A DNA stretch of 55,255 bases from Tortispora ganteri. Lineage: Eukaryota. Below the pieces are notes generated by a model. That model was not told where the DNA came from and ran no database searches. It was given only the letters and a program-made list of their open reading frames with translations. The stretch is from the NCBI GenBank assembly GCA_003707115.1, contig PPNB01000038.1, positions 1-55,255 of the forward strand. The letters run 5' to 3'. Positions 1 through 11,300 of the stretch are shown piece by piece. The position numbers and the translations under genes were made by a program. Within the stretch, counting starts at the first letter, position 1. Each line of letters opens with the position of its first letter.

Positions 1-234
1 GCTACCGGAAGCCATCAGGTGCGCGGACGAGTCGATAAACACTGGATCGGAAGGTGCTGCTGGATCGATGCCCGATGATATCGTTGCGGCGTCTGCAGAT
101 TGGCTATTGGCTGCGATCGGCGGATGCGACGAGAAACGAGACTCTGGGTCCGGCGACATCTCTGCAAGCGGCGCGAACGCCATAACAGGGAAAGGCAGAG
201 TAGTCGTCGTCGAACGGTTCTTTGATTTAGACAT
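1..234 (-). CDS. 5' end of a protein-coding gene running off the window edge (MSKSKNRSTTTTLPFPVM...), product unknown
   Basis: ATG at 234 in good context (AAAAATGTC); 78 codons open to position 1; Ser/Pro/Ala-rich. Confidence 0.6.
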   Translation of the reverse strand, partial: MSKSKNRSTTTTLPFPVMAFAPLAEMSPDPESRFSSHPPIAANSQSADAATISSGIDPAAPSDPVFIDSSAHLMASGS

Positions 235-655
235 TTTTGCTACAATTTCTTGTTCAAGCAGAGACGTGCAGTATACGCCGATCAGTTAGTATCTGAGAGC
301 AAAAGAAAACCCACGCGCGGAAATGCGCTTCTCTTTATACTGGACCAAGTAAACGGTAACTTTTTGTTGCCCAGGGCATTCGACAGATTAACAGTCGGGG
401 CAGGTAAAGATGACGGGGCATCACTATTTCCTAATTGGCTAGTGACTACTTCTATGTACAGTATAAAAATCCGAATTGACCAATCATGTACAATTACGAC
501 TAGCCGCATTGTGTGGCGCTTATCGCGCTTATCTTTTCTGAACTTTATTGGGGTTAAGGTTATCGGATTTATTTACCAACTCCGCCAGAGCAGGAGCGAG
601 CAGGTTAAGCAGTGTACTAGAGAGCAGGTGCTAGGTATTTTTATCATGTAAAAAG

Positions 656-1717
656 TTACAATTTTGCCTTTAGAACGTATCTGTACCGTGCTTTGCCGTT
701 GTGCATGTCTGTGACAGTTTCATTGACCTGCGACATCGGCCGCACTGTCACCCAAGGCTGGATGTTCATTCTGCTGGCTAGTTCCAACATCTCTCGCGCT
801 TCAGCTTTTGATCCGATGTTCGTTCCCCTGATAGCTGCATTGCTGACCATCAGGACAGGTGCACTGATAGCTGGCAGTTTACCCTCCGGCATACCGATGA
901 TAACCAACGTTCCTGAGACTTTCAGCAGGCCAATATACGAATCAAGTGGCATATCTACCGAATAGTTGGTGCAAAGCAGCAGATCGATCGACCGCACGTT
1001 CGCAGGATCGGTGCTCCAATGTTTTGTATTCGTCGAAATGAACTTGTCTGCACCCATCTTAATTGCATCTACTTTCTTCGAATCCGAATGCGAGATCGCA
1101 GTCACATGCGCCCCCATTGCCTTAGCAAACATCAGCCCAAAATGACCCAAGCCGCCAATCCCTATCACACCTACTTTGACGCCAGGGCCTGCGCCTCCAC
1201 GCTTCAACGGAGAGTACAGCGTCAGCCCCGCACACATCATGGGCGCAGCAAGATGTTTAGGGATCGAATTGGGGATCTTGAACACAAATTGCTCGTGGAT
1301 TCTAATGTAGTCCGCATACCCACCGTACGCGAACCAACCTTCCTTGTACTTCCAGTTATACGTCTCTACTAACTCCGAACAATACTGCTCATTGTTTGTA
1401 TTACACGCATCACAATCCCCACAAGCCCAGGCCGCTGCGCCTACACCAACGACGTCCCCGACTGCAATCTCTCGCACGTCTTTGCCGACCTTCACAGCTT
1501 TCCCGATGACTTCGTGACCTACTACTACAGGATAATGTGTAGGCCCCCAGCCAGATCGCAAAGTGTGTAGATCTGATCCGCATACTCCGCAGTATTCGAT
1601 CTCAATGTCAATGTCTCGGTCTCCAAACTCCTTTGGCTTATATTCGTACGGCACCAAATTATTCCAATGATCCTTATCGAGTGCCGCATAGCCCTTGTAC
1701 GTCTCAGGGTATCCCAT
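656..1717 (-). CDS. ADH6: NADP-dependent Zn-binding cinnamyl-type alcohol dehydrogenase (Adh6/Adh7 family), C-terminal AKL
   Basis: CGVCGSDLH, GHEVIG, CxxCxxC..C structural Zn loop, GIGGLGH, GKARYRYVL. Confidence 0.93.
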   Translation of the reverse strand: MGYPETYKGYAALDKDHWNNLVPYEYKPKEFGDRDIDIEIEYCGVCGSDLHTLRSGWGPTHYPVVVGHEVIGKAVKVGKDVREIAVGDVVGVGAAAWACGDCDACNTNNEQYCSELVETYNWKYKEGWFAYGGYADYIRIHEQFVFKIPNSIPKHLAAPMMCAGLTLYSPLKRGGAGPGVKVGVIGIGGLGHFGLMFAKAMGAHVTAISHSDSKKVDAIKMGADKFISTNTKHWSTDPANVRSIDLLLCTNYSVDMPLDSYIGLLKVSGTLVIIGMPEGKLPAISAPVLMVSNAAIRGTNIGSKAEAREMLELASRMNIQPWVTVRPMSQVNETVTDMHNGKARYRYVLKAKL

Positions 1718-2647
1718 AGTGTTTTAGCAGTGTATGCAGGTGATATTATTAAACGTTTAATTACATCCTCGAGCCTTCGTTGGTCTTTATATATAATCTT
1801 CCATTAGAGTTCTTATCTGTATTACACATTTTTTCGTGTGGCCGCGCTTAGCTTACCATTTTTTAGCGCAACTTTTGTTTTTCTTAGTATTTTAAGAGTC
1901 TAAAGAAAACTAACAAACAATAGGCGTATCACTTCACATGTTTTTCTAATATTAGAAAAAAAAATGTCCATTTCAACTGGCGCTCCGTGTATATAAGCTT
2001 AACGAAACTCTTTAACTTTCCGATCGCCGTTCTCGCAATTATCCCTTATACTGGTCGGCAGTCCCACTGCAATCCGTTCACGACCTACTACATTAGATAT
2101 ATACCTAAATAGCGTCTTTCATTTAATGTATACAGTATTGTTGTTGTTCTCACAACTGTTTGTATGTAATCGACTTTCCTAATTCAGTACAATGTCATTT
2201 AAGGTTCTGGACCTCGAAACAATCGCAACCTGATCTGGCCTCAGACAAATGGTGTCTTTTCCTAGCCTTATTACTTTGATCTAATCGCTCTTGTCAGCTC
2301 AATTTAATTATAAACATAAAATACATGTCTTGAAAATTCAGCTTTTCCCAAACATATGCCACATATTCCTAATGTATCCCGCCAGAGAAGCCGCTCGGAA
2401 CGCTCTGGAAGCCATTCTCAACCAATCACAGCTTAAAGGGTTAGGTTATTGTCCTACTGCCCCCACACGGTATATATATATACAGAGTTAAGGCTGCGCC
2501 GGGATCTGCTTCTAGTCACTACTTCGCAATAAGGAACTTTTCTAGTAATTGACTACTATTAGACCCTTTGTTTAACTTTGCAATAGTTCAATTAACTATT
2601 CATTTTATTATAAAGTTCATTTCTGCTTGCTAAACACTCAAAAAACA

Positions 2648-3487
2648 ATGCCCCGTCCGACCGCTACCGAGTTCACCGGCCTTGGCCCCCTCCCCCGCCC
2701 CGCCCCGAAATTGGCCCCTAATGTCCTGGACCTTTTCTCCTTGAAAGGAAAAGTTGCCTCAATTACCGGCTCTTCCGCTGGAATTGGCTGGGCTGTTGCC
2801 GAGGCTTACGCTCAAGCTGGCGCTGACGTCGCTCTCTGGTATAACTCTCGCAATGCCGATGCAAAGGCCAAGTATCTTAGTGAGACTTACGGCGTTCGCT
2901 CGAAAGCCTACAAGTGCAACATCAGCGACTCTGAAGATATCGAAAAGACAATCGAGCAGATCTATGCTGATTTCGGTGGCTTAGATATCCAGGTTGCTAA
3001 TGCTGGCGCCGCTTGGACTTCCGGCCCCATGCTCGACGTCGCCGATCACAAGGATTGGCATCATATCGTCGACGTAGATCTCAATGGTGTTTATTACACT
3101 TCTAAGGCTGTAGGCAAAATCTTTCGCAAGCAAGGGCATGGTTCTTTAATCTTCACTGCTTCCATGTCTGGCCACATCGTTAACTTCCCTCAGATGCAAG
3201 CCGCGTATAACTGCGCCAAGGCCGCTGTTATCCATCTGGCAAAATCTCTGGCCGTCGAATGGGCCGCATTTGCCCGAGTTAATTCTGTCTCGCCTGGATA
3301 TATTGGAACTGAACTCTCAAACTTCGTCGATCCAGAAATCCGCGCTAAATGGCAGTCGTTCATCCCTCTTGGCCGCGAAGCCGATCCCCGTGAGCTTGTC
3401 GGCACATATCTTTTGCTTGCTTCTGATGCTTCTACATACACTACTGGATGTGACATTATTGTTGATGGAGGTTATAGCTGCCCTTAG
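2648..3487 (+). CDS. Short-chain dehydrogenase, sorbose/L-xylulose reductase (Sou1/Sou2-like)
   Basis: [34 protein letters not shown] (YxxxK), VNSVSPGY. The true ATG is at 2648; the ORF track starts at an upstream TTG. Confidence 0.9.
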   Translation: MPRPTATEFTGLGPLPRPAPKLAPNVLDLFSLKGKVASITGSSAGIGWAVAEAYAQAGADVALWYNSRNADAKAKYLSETYGVRSKAYKCNISDSEDIEKTIEQIYADFGGLDIQVANAGAAWTSGPMLDVADHKDWHHIVDVDLNGVYYTSKAVGKIFRKQGHGSLIFTASMSGHIVNFPQMQAAYNCAKAAVIHLAKSLAVEWAAFARVNSVSPGYIGTELSNFVDPEIRAKWQSFIPLGREADPRELVGTYLLLASDASTYTTGCDIIVDGGYSCP

Positions 3488-3663
3488 ATGCATACCGCTG
3501 AAGACATTACTCTTAAACACTTATGCAACTTTTGCCAGGTGCTCGCAAGTTGCCCATTTATATCGTGAATTACTTTTACAAAAACAAAATCTACAGCAAT
3601 TTGTGTCGAAAATAGTTAGAATGTAATATTAGTGATTAGATTTTTCCTTTTGTTAACTCAGAT

Positions 3664-4902
3664 CTAACGGCGCCGTCCTCTCCTCTTACCTCCTCGCCTG
3701 GATCTGCGTGACTTGGTGGGTTTTTCAGAAATTTCGCTATCGCTTTCAGGAGAATGTGATCTCTTTCTGGGATTCAGTCGATCAGCAAATGACCGCCCTC
3801 CATCCTTAGACCCTTCTCGGTCGCGTTCCCGGTCTCTGTCTCGCTCTTTCTCTCGTTCTCGTTCTCGTTCTCGTTCTCTTTCTCGTTCTCGTTCTCTTTC
3901 ACGTTCACGCTCTCTCTGTCTTTGCCTTTCCCGTTCACGTTCGCGATCACGTTCGCGGTCTTTCTCTCGCTGCTTCTCACGTTCTCGCTCCCGTTGTCTT
4001 TCACGCTCACGTTCACGCTCGCGTTCGCGTTCTCGTTCCCGCTCACGTTCCCTGTCAGAATCAGCTTTGTCTCCTCTAAATGGAGGACGATCACGCGGTC
4101 TATCCCTGTACCTATCTCTTCCATACCTGGGAGGAGAACGGTCTCTCCTTTCACTAAACCTATCATGGTCCCAATCTCTATATCTTGCTCGATCGCGCTC
4201 GCGCTCGCGGTCTCGTTCTCGCTCATACGGTCGAGGGCGGTCTCTTTCATCATGTTCATAAGTTCGAGACCTGTCTCTATCATATGAACGTTCCGGACTT
4301 CTCTCTTTGTCTTTACTGGTAGAAACCTTTCTTTCCGGTCCAGAATCCTTCTCGAATTTGTCTTTTGAACGGTCAGAGCGGCTGTCTTTGGGCTCGTCTT
4401 TCAGATCTGCGGCCTTTATTATACTTGAGGTATCTATACCCATCATTTTCATCATTGATAAATAAGGATTGTCTTCATCGGTGGAACCTGGAGCGTTTTC
4501 TTTCAGTTTCTCGTTCATAGCGGTGTCTATTGGCAATCCAGTATCTGTTTCATCATTATGTTTCGCAAGTTTTTCGCGCTCTTCTTCCTCCTTTTGCCGT
4601 TTCTTTTCAAGGGCCTTTTCTTCTCGCATACTAACAATAGATCTAAACTTCCTGCGTTCATTCAACGCCATGAAAACAAAAACACTTTGTCTCATTATGT
4701 CGTCAATTGTTGTTCCTGTGACCTCCTTCTGGCAGACTTTGCATTTGGTATCGTTCTTGAGAAGTTTCTGACAGTTCGAGCATATTGAAGAATTACAGCA
4801 ATTTGTTTTTCGGGAATCTACTGCCAGTTCAGAATTATAGGCGCATTTCAATCGTTCAGGAACTTTAAGGATGTATGTGGGGTGCGATTTCAGCGCCTTC
4901 AT
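3664..4902 (-). CDS. N-terminal RBBP6/Mpe1-like RING protein with an Arg/Glu/Asp-rich (RE/RD) low-complexity tail; probably RNA processing
   Basis: LKCAYNSEL..TNCCNSSICSNC..KCKVC cysteine pattern, long RE dipeptide tract, basic C-terminus. Confidence 0.7.
   Translation of the reverse strand: MKALKSHPTYILKVPERLKCAYNSELAVDSRKTNCCNSSICSNCQKLLKNDTKCKVCQKEVTGTTIDDIMRQSVFVFMALNERRKFRSIVSMREEKALEKKRQKEEEEREKLAKHNDETDTGLPIDTAMNEKLKENAPGSTDEDNPYLSMMKMMGIDTSSIIKAADLKDEPKDSRSDRSKDKFEKDSGPERKVSTSKDKERSPERSYDRDRSRTYEHDERDRPRPYERERDRERERDRARYRDWDHDRFSERRDRSPPRYGRDRYRDRPRDRPPFRGDKADSDRERERERERERERERERERQREREREKQREKDRERDRERERERQRQREREREREREREREREREREREKERDRDRERDREGSKDGGRSFADRLNPRKRSHSPESDSEISEKPTKSRRSRRGGKRRGRRR
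3830..4050. repeat. Coding hexanucleotide repeat (GAACGN)n on the minus strand encoding (RE)n
   Basis: Tandem TCTCGT/TCACGC/TCGCGT units on the + strand. Confidence 0.9.
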
Positions 4903-5244
4903 GTCGAACCAGCTAGTCTGTCGTCGTCAATCTTGATATATATAAATTCAGGTATATTTTAAACCTGCCAAAAACACTCAAACGCTGGTTATTTGCTTAT
5001 TGCGAAAATTGTAACAAATAATAGGCGAATGTCGAAAAAGTAGTAATAAGCAAGTATTCTTCTACATTAAAGTGTGTAGTCAATTTGCGTAGCGACAGAG
5101 AACTAACTACCACCAATACCAAAACGTCAATTGTACTACAAAATTGTCATGAATCAAAGTCTCCAGCTAATGTTCCAAGCTAAATCGTAGACGCTGTTAC
5201 AGCTCGTAACTTTTAATGAAACGAAATCTGATGGCGTATTTGAA

Positions 5245-6261
5245 TCACAAATCAAGCGACATAGAAAACCGTTTAAAGCTTTGTTCGAAATCCATGATAG
5301 TAACATATTTGCCAGCGGTCACGTCCTTTTTCCAGAACTCGTGGTACTCTATTAAAATATAGCCGCAAAGGCGATAGAAAGAAGCCAAAACATTCTCTGT
5401 AGAATGTATGAACCCACATCGGTAGATGAAAGTCTCCATAAACCTGTACTTGGGCAGTCTAAGCAACAAATCAACAGTGTGAATAGCCGCCAGCGCAAAC
5501 GGATACCAAATATCTGCGCCAATATCTGTTCGCGATTCAGATATAATTAGATTGGTGTCATCATTTTGGTACTTAGCCATATGTAAAATGAATCTCAGGC
5601 CTACCATGCCTGTGCGACGAAAGTCAGTACTGGGATCCTTGCCTTGAAATCCCACGGCTTGCCACTTCTTTTCGCCTGAACCTAGCGGCAGCAAAATTTC
5701 TAGCTCTTCGTATATAAGCGTGTTTTCAGCGTATATGACGCTAGTTGCTGCTGCCAGTTTTAATTGGTGCTCTGCAGACGCAATTCTCACTATCGTAAGT
5801 AAACTCTTGCAGATAAACATATAGGCTAGCGAAAGTTGCTTAGACCCGCGAGGAATTGGTATATCTTTTTTCTCGCACACTGTTTTAGCTAATCGTGTAC
5901 ATATATCGGCTTCAGTTTCAGAACCATCTGTTAATTTTATAACGATCTCCTGTACCAACTCATTCATGTGTGGCAGTTGATCCGAGATTATAAGTTCGCC
6001 ATATAGTTGCCATATCTGACGTCGCAGCAGTCTTACACTTTGTGCACTTTTGTTCGACTCGATCTCTGCCAGGAACCCGACACGCGATATTCTTTCGATT
6101 GCGCTGCTGCCACACATTACGTGTATGATTCGCTTCCACACCTTGTAGGCTCTTCGAATGCTGCTTGCAACTACATTGCGGGTATCCTCCATTTCAGCCT
6201 TCACCAAGTACCGGATCAGGCTGTCGTTGAATGCCCTGAACGCGCTGACTACTACAATCAT
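5245..6261 (-). CDS. ELMO/CED-12 domain (ELMOD-type, Arf/Arl GAP-like) protein
   Basis: WQAVGFQGKDPSTDFR and WYPFALAAI motifs typical of ELMOD proteins. Confidence 0.85.
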   Translation of the reverse strand: MIVVVSAFRAFNDSLIRYLVKAEMEDTRNVVASSIRRAYKVWKRIIHVMCGSSAIERISRVGFLAEIESNKSAQSVRLLRRQIWQLYGELIISDQLPHMNELVQEIVIKLTDGSETEADICTRLAKTVCEKKDIPIPRGSKQLSLAYMFICKSLLTIVRIASAEHQLKLAAATSVIYAENTLIYEELEILLPLGSGEKKWQAVGFQGKDPSTDFRRTGMVGLRFILHMAKYQNDDTNLIISESRTDIGADIWYPFALAAIHTVDLLLRLPKYRFMETFIYRCGFIHSTENVLASFYRLCGYILIEYHEFWKKDVTAGKYVTIMDFEQSFKRFSMSLDL

Positions 6262-6423
6262 TGGTTCACAAGCGTACAGTTACTGTCCTAAAGTGAAAGA
6301 GTGTGTCGAATACGCAGCGCAGATTGAGTTTGACCAGCGTGCGGCTCAAAGCAAGTTACTCTAAATCCCCCAGCCAGTAAAAATTTCCTTCTCCTATCAC
6401 TTGTTCTGCCTATACGTGCGTGC

Positions 6424-8331
6424 ATGCTACTGGCCCGTCGCGCGCTGAGACTGTGTGAAAATTGCCGATTCTCTACTATGTCTTTAGATCAACTCACTGC
6501 AAAACTGGAAGCCTTTGGCATCACCGAGTTCAAACCCTATCCAGGTACAAACCCTTGCGCAAACCCGTTCGACGTATTCCGCGGCCACATCGCGACAGAG
6601 CTTTCTCGTCTCACCGGTGCTGATCCTGAGATCTGCTTTTCAGCCCTCGAATGGAGTACTAATCCGGAGCGTCCAGACCTTCTTGTGCCCCTACGCCGCT
6701 TGCGTCTCGACAAGAAACTCGATGTCAACCAAAAAGCCATCGAATGGGCTGATCAGTTCGACAAAGCAAACTTCATCGAAAAAGTGTCGCCTGACAAGGC
6801 TTTCCTGCAATTTTACTTCAATCCAAATTTGCTCACTAATCTTGTGGTCAAGGATATTTTGAAGCGCCGCGAAAAGTACGGTTTTAACAACACCGGCGAG
6901 GGTAAAACTATACTTATTGAGTTTAGCTCACCTAACATCGCCAAACCATTCCACGCAGGTCATCTCCGCTCGACTATCATTGGTGGTTTCTTGTCTAACC
7001 TACACGAAGCTTTGGGCTGGAAGGTAATTCGCATGAACTACCTTGGCGATTGGGGGAAACAGTTTGGTATCCTCGCTGTTGGTTACAAGCGCTACGGCGA
7101 TGAGGAACTGCTGAAAACCGACCCGATCCAGCATCTGTTTGATGTGTACGTCAGAGTGAACAACGATATTAAAGAAGAGGAAGAAAAACTGGCAGCTGAT
7201 GCAAAAGCTGCCGGAAAGGAAGCTTCAGACGAAAAGGCACCTACCGACATAGAAGCCCAGAAATACTTCAGTCTCATGGAGGAAGGCAATGAAGAGGCTC
7301 TATCCATTTGGCGTAGATTCAGAGAACTCAGTATTGAAAAGTACATTGAAACATATAACAGACTCAATATCTCTTATGACGTGTACTCTGGCGAATCGCA
7401 GGTCCCTGAGGAGGAAAGTGCCGAAGCAGAAAAGATAATTGACCAGAAAGGCATCGCTATTACTGAGCCTAACGGCGCCAAACTCATTGATTTAACTAAA
7501 TTTAAAATGGGAAAGGCTCGTATCAGACGCGCGGACGGTACAACTCTTTATTTGACTCGCGATATTGGCACGGCTCTAGCTCGCTACAACAAGTACCACT
7601 TTGACAAATGCATCTATGTCGTTGCCAGCCAGCAGAATCTATACTTCCAGCAATTGTTTAAGATTTTACAGTTGATGGAAGTGCCTTTTGCTGACAAGGT
7701 TGAGCATATCAACTTTGGTCTCGTTAAAGGAATGTCTACGCGCAAAGGAACTGTCGTGTTTTTGGATAACATCTTAGAGGAAGCCAGAGATGCCATGCAT
7801 GAAGTTATGAAGAAAAACGAAGAAAAATACGCTCAGGTTCAAGATCCTGATAAAGTTGCCGATCTAGTAGGCATATCTGCCGTTATGATCCAAGATATGG
7901 CTGCTAAGCGTGTCAACGATTACGAGTTTAATTGGTCAAGAATGCTTTCGTTCGAAGGAGATACCGGCCCATATCTGCAATATGCTCATTCTCGTCTGAA
8001 CTCAATTGCAAGGAATGCCAATATTTCAGCAGAGGAACTAGCTAAAGCAGATTTATCTCTTCTTACAGAAAACGAAGCTATCAAACTGGTTCGCATTCTT
8101 GCCAAGTACCCTGACGTTATCTTGCAGGCCGCTAAGAACTCTGAGCCCACTACAATTGTGACTTATTTGTTCAAATTAACTCATGAATTTTCTAGTTGTT
8201 ACGATAAACTATGGGTTGCCGGTCAAGAACCTGACATTGCTAAGGCAAGACTTGCTCTCTATACTTCTGTCCGACAAGTTCTCAACAACGGCATGAGGCT
8301 GCTTGGTCTTACTCCAGTCGAACGAATGTAA
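6424..8331 (+). CDS. Arginyl-tRNA synthetase, probably dual cytosolic/mitochondrial (second ATG at 6478)
   Basis: EFSSPNIAKPFHAGHLRSTIIG, NYLGDWGKQFG, GMSTRKG, GDTGPYLQYAH, GLTPVERM C-terminus. Confidence 0.97.
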   Translation: MLLARRALRLCENCRFSTMSLDQLTAKLEAFGITEFKPYPGTNPCANPFDVFRGHIATELSRLTGADPEICFSALEWSTNPERPDLLVPLRRLRLDKKLDVNQKAIEWADQFDKANFIEKVSPDKAFLQFYFNPNLLTNLVVKDILKRREKYGFNNTGEGKTILIEFSSPNIAKPFHAGHLRSTIIGGFLSNLHEALGWKVIRMNYLGDWGKQFGILAVGYKRYGDEELLKTDPIQHLFDVYVRVNNDIKEEEEKLAADAKAAGKEASDEKAPTDIEAQKYFSLMEEGNEEALSIWRRFRELSIEKYIETYNRLNISYDVYSGESQVPEEESAEAEKIIDQKGIAITEPNGAKLIDLTKFKMGKARIRRADGTTLYLTRDIGTALARYNKYHFDKCIYVVASQQNLYFQQLFKILQLMEVPFADKVEHINFGLVKGMSTRKGTVVFLDNILEEARDAMHEVMKKNEEKYAQVQDPDKVADLVGISAVMIQDMAAKRVNDYEFNWSRMLSFEGDTGPYLQYAHSRLNSIARNANISAEELAKADLSLLTENEAIKLVRILAKYPDVILQAAKNSEPTTIVTYLFKLTHEFSSCYDKLWVAGQEPDIAKARLALYTSVRQVLNNGMRLLGLTPVERM

Positions 8332-8376
8332 TTTATTTCTTGTTATAGAATTAGTCATTAAATTGCTCGTAAACGT

Positions 8377-11300
8377 TCATTGCAGGCCTCTTTTCCATAA
8401 AATATGGATATCCTTATGTCGTAACTCCTTTTCAAGCAATGCTATTTGATCGTCCAACGACTGTAATTCATACAAGTTGCGATGTTTCAAGTACAAAGAA
8501 GCTACTGAAATAATTCTGTAGCCTGTAACGAATGTCTCAGGGTCGCTTGACCAGAATTGCGAGGCGAGTTTCAGTTCTCGCGTAAACTGCGAAACCACTT
8601 CCACAGAATCATGACACAATGCTTCAAAAGAAGCCAATTTAGTTTCTTTATTTAGAATTTCGTTTAATACCTCTTTGTACTGTTGAATTTCAAACACGTC
8701 GTTACGGTTCAAGTTTTGCTTTTCGACTGCAAAAAGAGCATTATCGGCATTCAAGTCTGCAAAAATCTCGTTTGCTTTGTATTTATAGCCACTGATCTGC
8801 TTAATACAGATATTAGCAAATTTTAAAGGAGACAAATTAGCTAAGTACTCTCTTAAAACGCGAGCAGTGTATACTGGATTGTAAGTCACCGACAATTTCA
8901 TGAACTTGCACCCCAATACAGCACCTTTCTCTCTGATTTCCATGCTGTCGTCTACCAAAAACGTCAGCAACATAGCAGCAACTTCAAATGAAGGCAAACA
9001 TTTCAATACATAACAAGCGATAAAATAAGATTCAACAGATCCTATAGCTGCTGACCGAGTAGAAAACGGCGAATTATCGTCTGAAGCTTTCTGTACTAAT
9101 TGTAGCCATATATCGAGTTTTGAGCTGTCCTTTTGATTCTGTGCAATTGCCGCAAACACACCTAGTAGCCTAAGTGAGTTCTCGGAGACAGAATTAGCAT
9201 AGATATTCTCTGCTTCTTGTACCAACATTTGCCAAAGGCAGTCTGGATCTTGAGCAACTTCAAGGGCTTTTCTTTCGTCAAGCACAAACCCTTTCAAAAA
9301 CATGTCACAAAAACACTTTACTTCTTGTCCACGCAGATAGTTCCAGGTTTCTCTTTTAAGGGTATACAACAGCTGTTCGCAGATTCTAAAAACAGAGACT
9401 GCTGACAAGTCCATTTGAGTGACAATATTGATAATGGCTAGCCTTACTTCGTAGTAGTTGCAATTCATACCTTTCACGACCAAATCCATGAACTTGTCTT
9501 CGTTGTTTTGTAAATGTGTCCAGCCCAAAAAATGCGACATAAGTTCAGCAATAAGCATGCGCAATGTAGGCTCCAGTTCCTTTTGTGTATTAGAATCGAC
9601 AAGAGTAGAATCTAAAAATGCAAGAAGTTTTCTTTGTAACTCACTGTTCTCGGTTTGGCTGAATGAGATGCATAGACGTGCAAATTCTAGACATGTCACT
9701 GGACACTGATTGTAAATTATAAAAAACTTGTCAAGTAAAATGCTTTCCCAGTGATTTGGTGCGTAAGAACCCTTTTGGATAGATTCAATTAAGAATCGTG
9801 CAGCCATAAGATTTCCATGTAATTGATTTTGATTACCAGTAGACAGAGAAACAAGTAAAGACTCGGTAAATCCGGTAAGATCATTACAGTACAATGACGA
9901 AAGCGTTCGTGCAGCCATTTCCCTGACTTTCCATATCTTACTGTCTAAACACTTGAGAATGTACGGCTTGAACTCATCTAGTCCTTCATAGCTATCAGAA
10001 ACTTCTAGCCTTGATATTAGCGAAAGAACAGGATATATAGCTTCAATGATCGCTTTGTCGCTAGCATTAGTCTGGGTTTCCAGAAACTTCAGTAACACTC
10101 CACGTGACGATTTGTACTGCGAGAAGAACTTTTTAGCTGGCATACATGTTTGTGAGAACCGAGACACCTGGAATCGACTATTGCCGAACATGCGAGTTTG
10201 CAGAGAAGTATACAGCATAACTGCACAATTACGAAGTGCCCATATTTCCGAATCAAAATACGAAATAGCAATAACAAGCGCCTTATCGGCAAGGAACCCA
10301 CAATATTCTGCTAGCCTGGCTTCTATGAATAGAAAGCGGATGCAGTTAAACGCATGTACTTGAGGCAGCTCAAAATCGCTGTCGGTAATCACCGTTTTTT
10401 CCGGCAGCGGGTAGTGGCATATATCCTCAAGTTTACTGTATGTTTGGTCAAGTAATTGTAAAGTCTTTTCACCGCTGTATCCCGCTGCAAGCACAGCTGT
10501 AATCAAAAACGGCAGCCCGCCAGACCTTCTCGTGATAAATTGAGTAGCTGAAGTCAAAGTTTCAATATTTTTGGCAAGCCATTCTTCCGGTAAATTGTTC
10601 ATGTACAAGCTTGGCAGACGCAAACAGCGTTTACAGCATGCAATATAGGCAGGGTATACTGACGAAAAAGCGCCTCGGTGTCTAATTGTCAGTAGCTCTT
10701 CAGATAGAAGAATACCAACTTTCTCCACGTCATTATCTTCTACCAGATCATTGGGAACAACAGACATAACAATTTCTTGAAGGTAACTTGCTTCCTTTAT
10801 CGATCTCCATGCAAAACTAAGAATAACTTGTGCTTGTGAGTGTTCCGGGTTTTCGAGGTTGTCGTTATCCTGCAAGTCCAATTCAAAATCAAGCGGTAAA
10901 TTGCCTTCAGGCGAGTCATGAGAAAGTATATCTTTAACCAACAGCCATGTATCATTAGTAAGGCTAAGTAGCCTATGTAGTTGCTCTTTCATAAGGGGAT
11001 AATGACGCGGTACGGGAGCTTTCAAACCCTTTTGTAGAGGTTTATAATATATGCGGCCAATAATAAGCTGTAATGCTATAAACACACCATGAATAGGAAC
11101 ATTTTTCACAGAATTAGCTATATTAGCCTGTGCTTGACGAATACGTTCTTCAGCTTCGTCTATAAGCGACAAAAACAAGTCGAATTCAAGACGTGATGAA
11201 TCATCTGATCGATACAGTAGCAGAAAACACAAATCAAACAATCGAGCAGCAGCATCAGCCTCCCTGAAACGCAATCCAGAAAGCATAGACATAGCTCGCT

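Noticed and set aside
3713..4261. + strand ORF rich in RS dipeptides (SR-protein-like)
   Set aside because: It is the antisense shadow of the RE-repeat codons, with a TTG start and no RRM.
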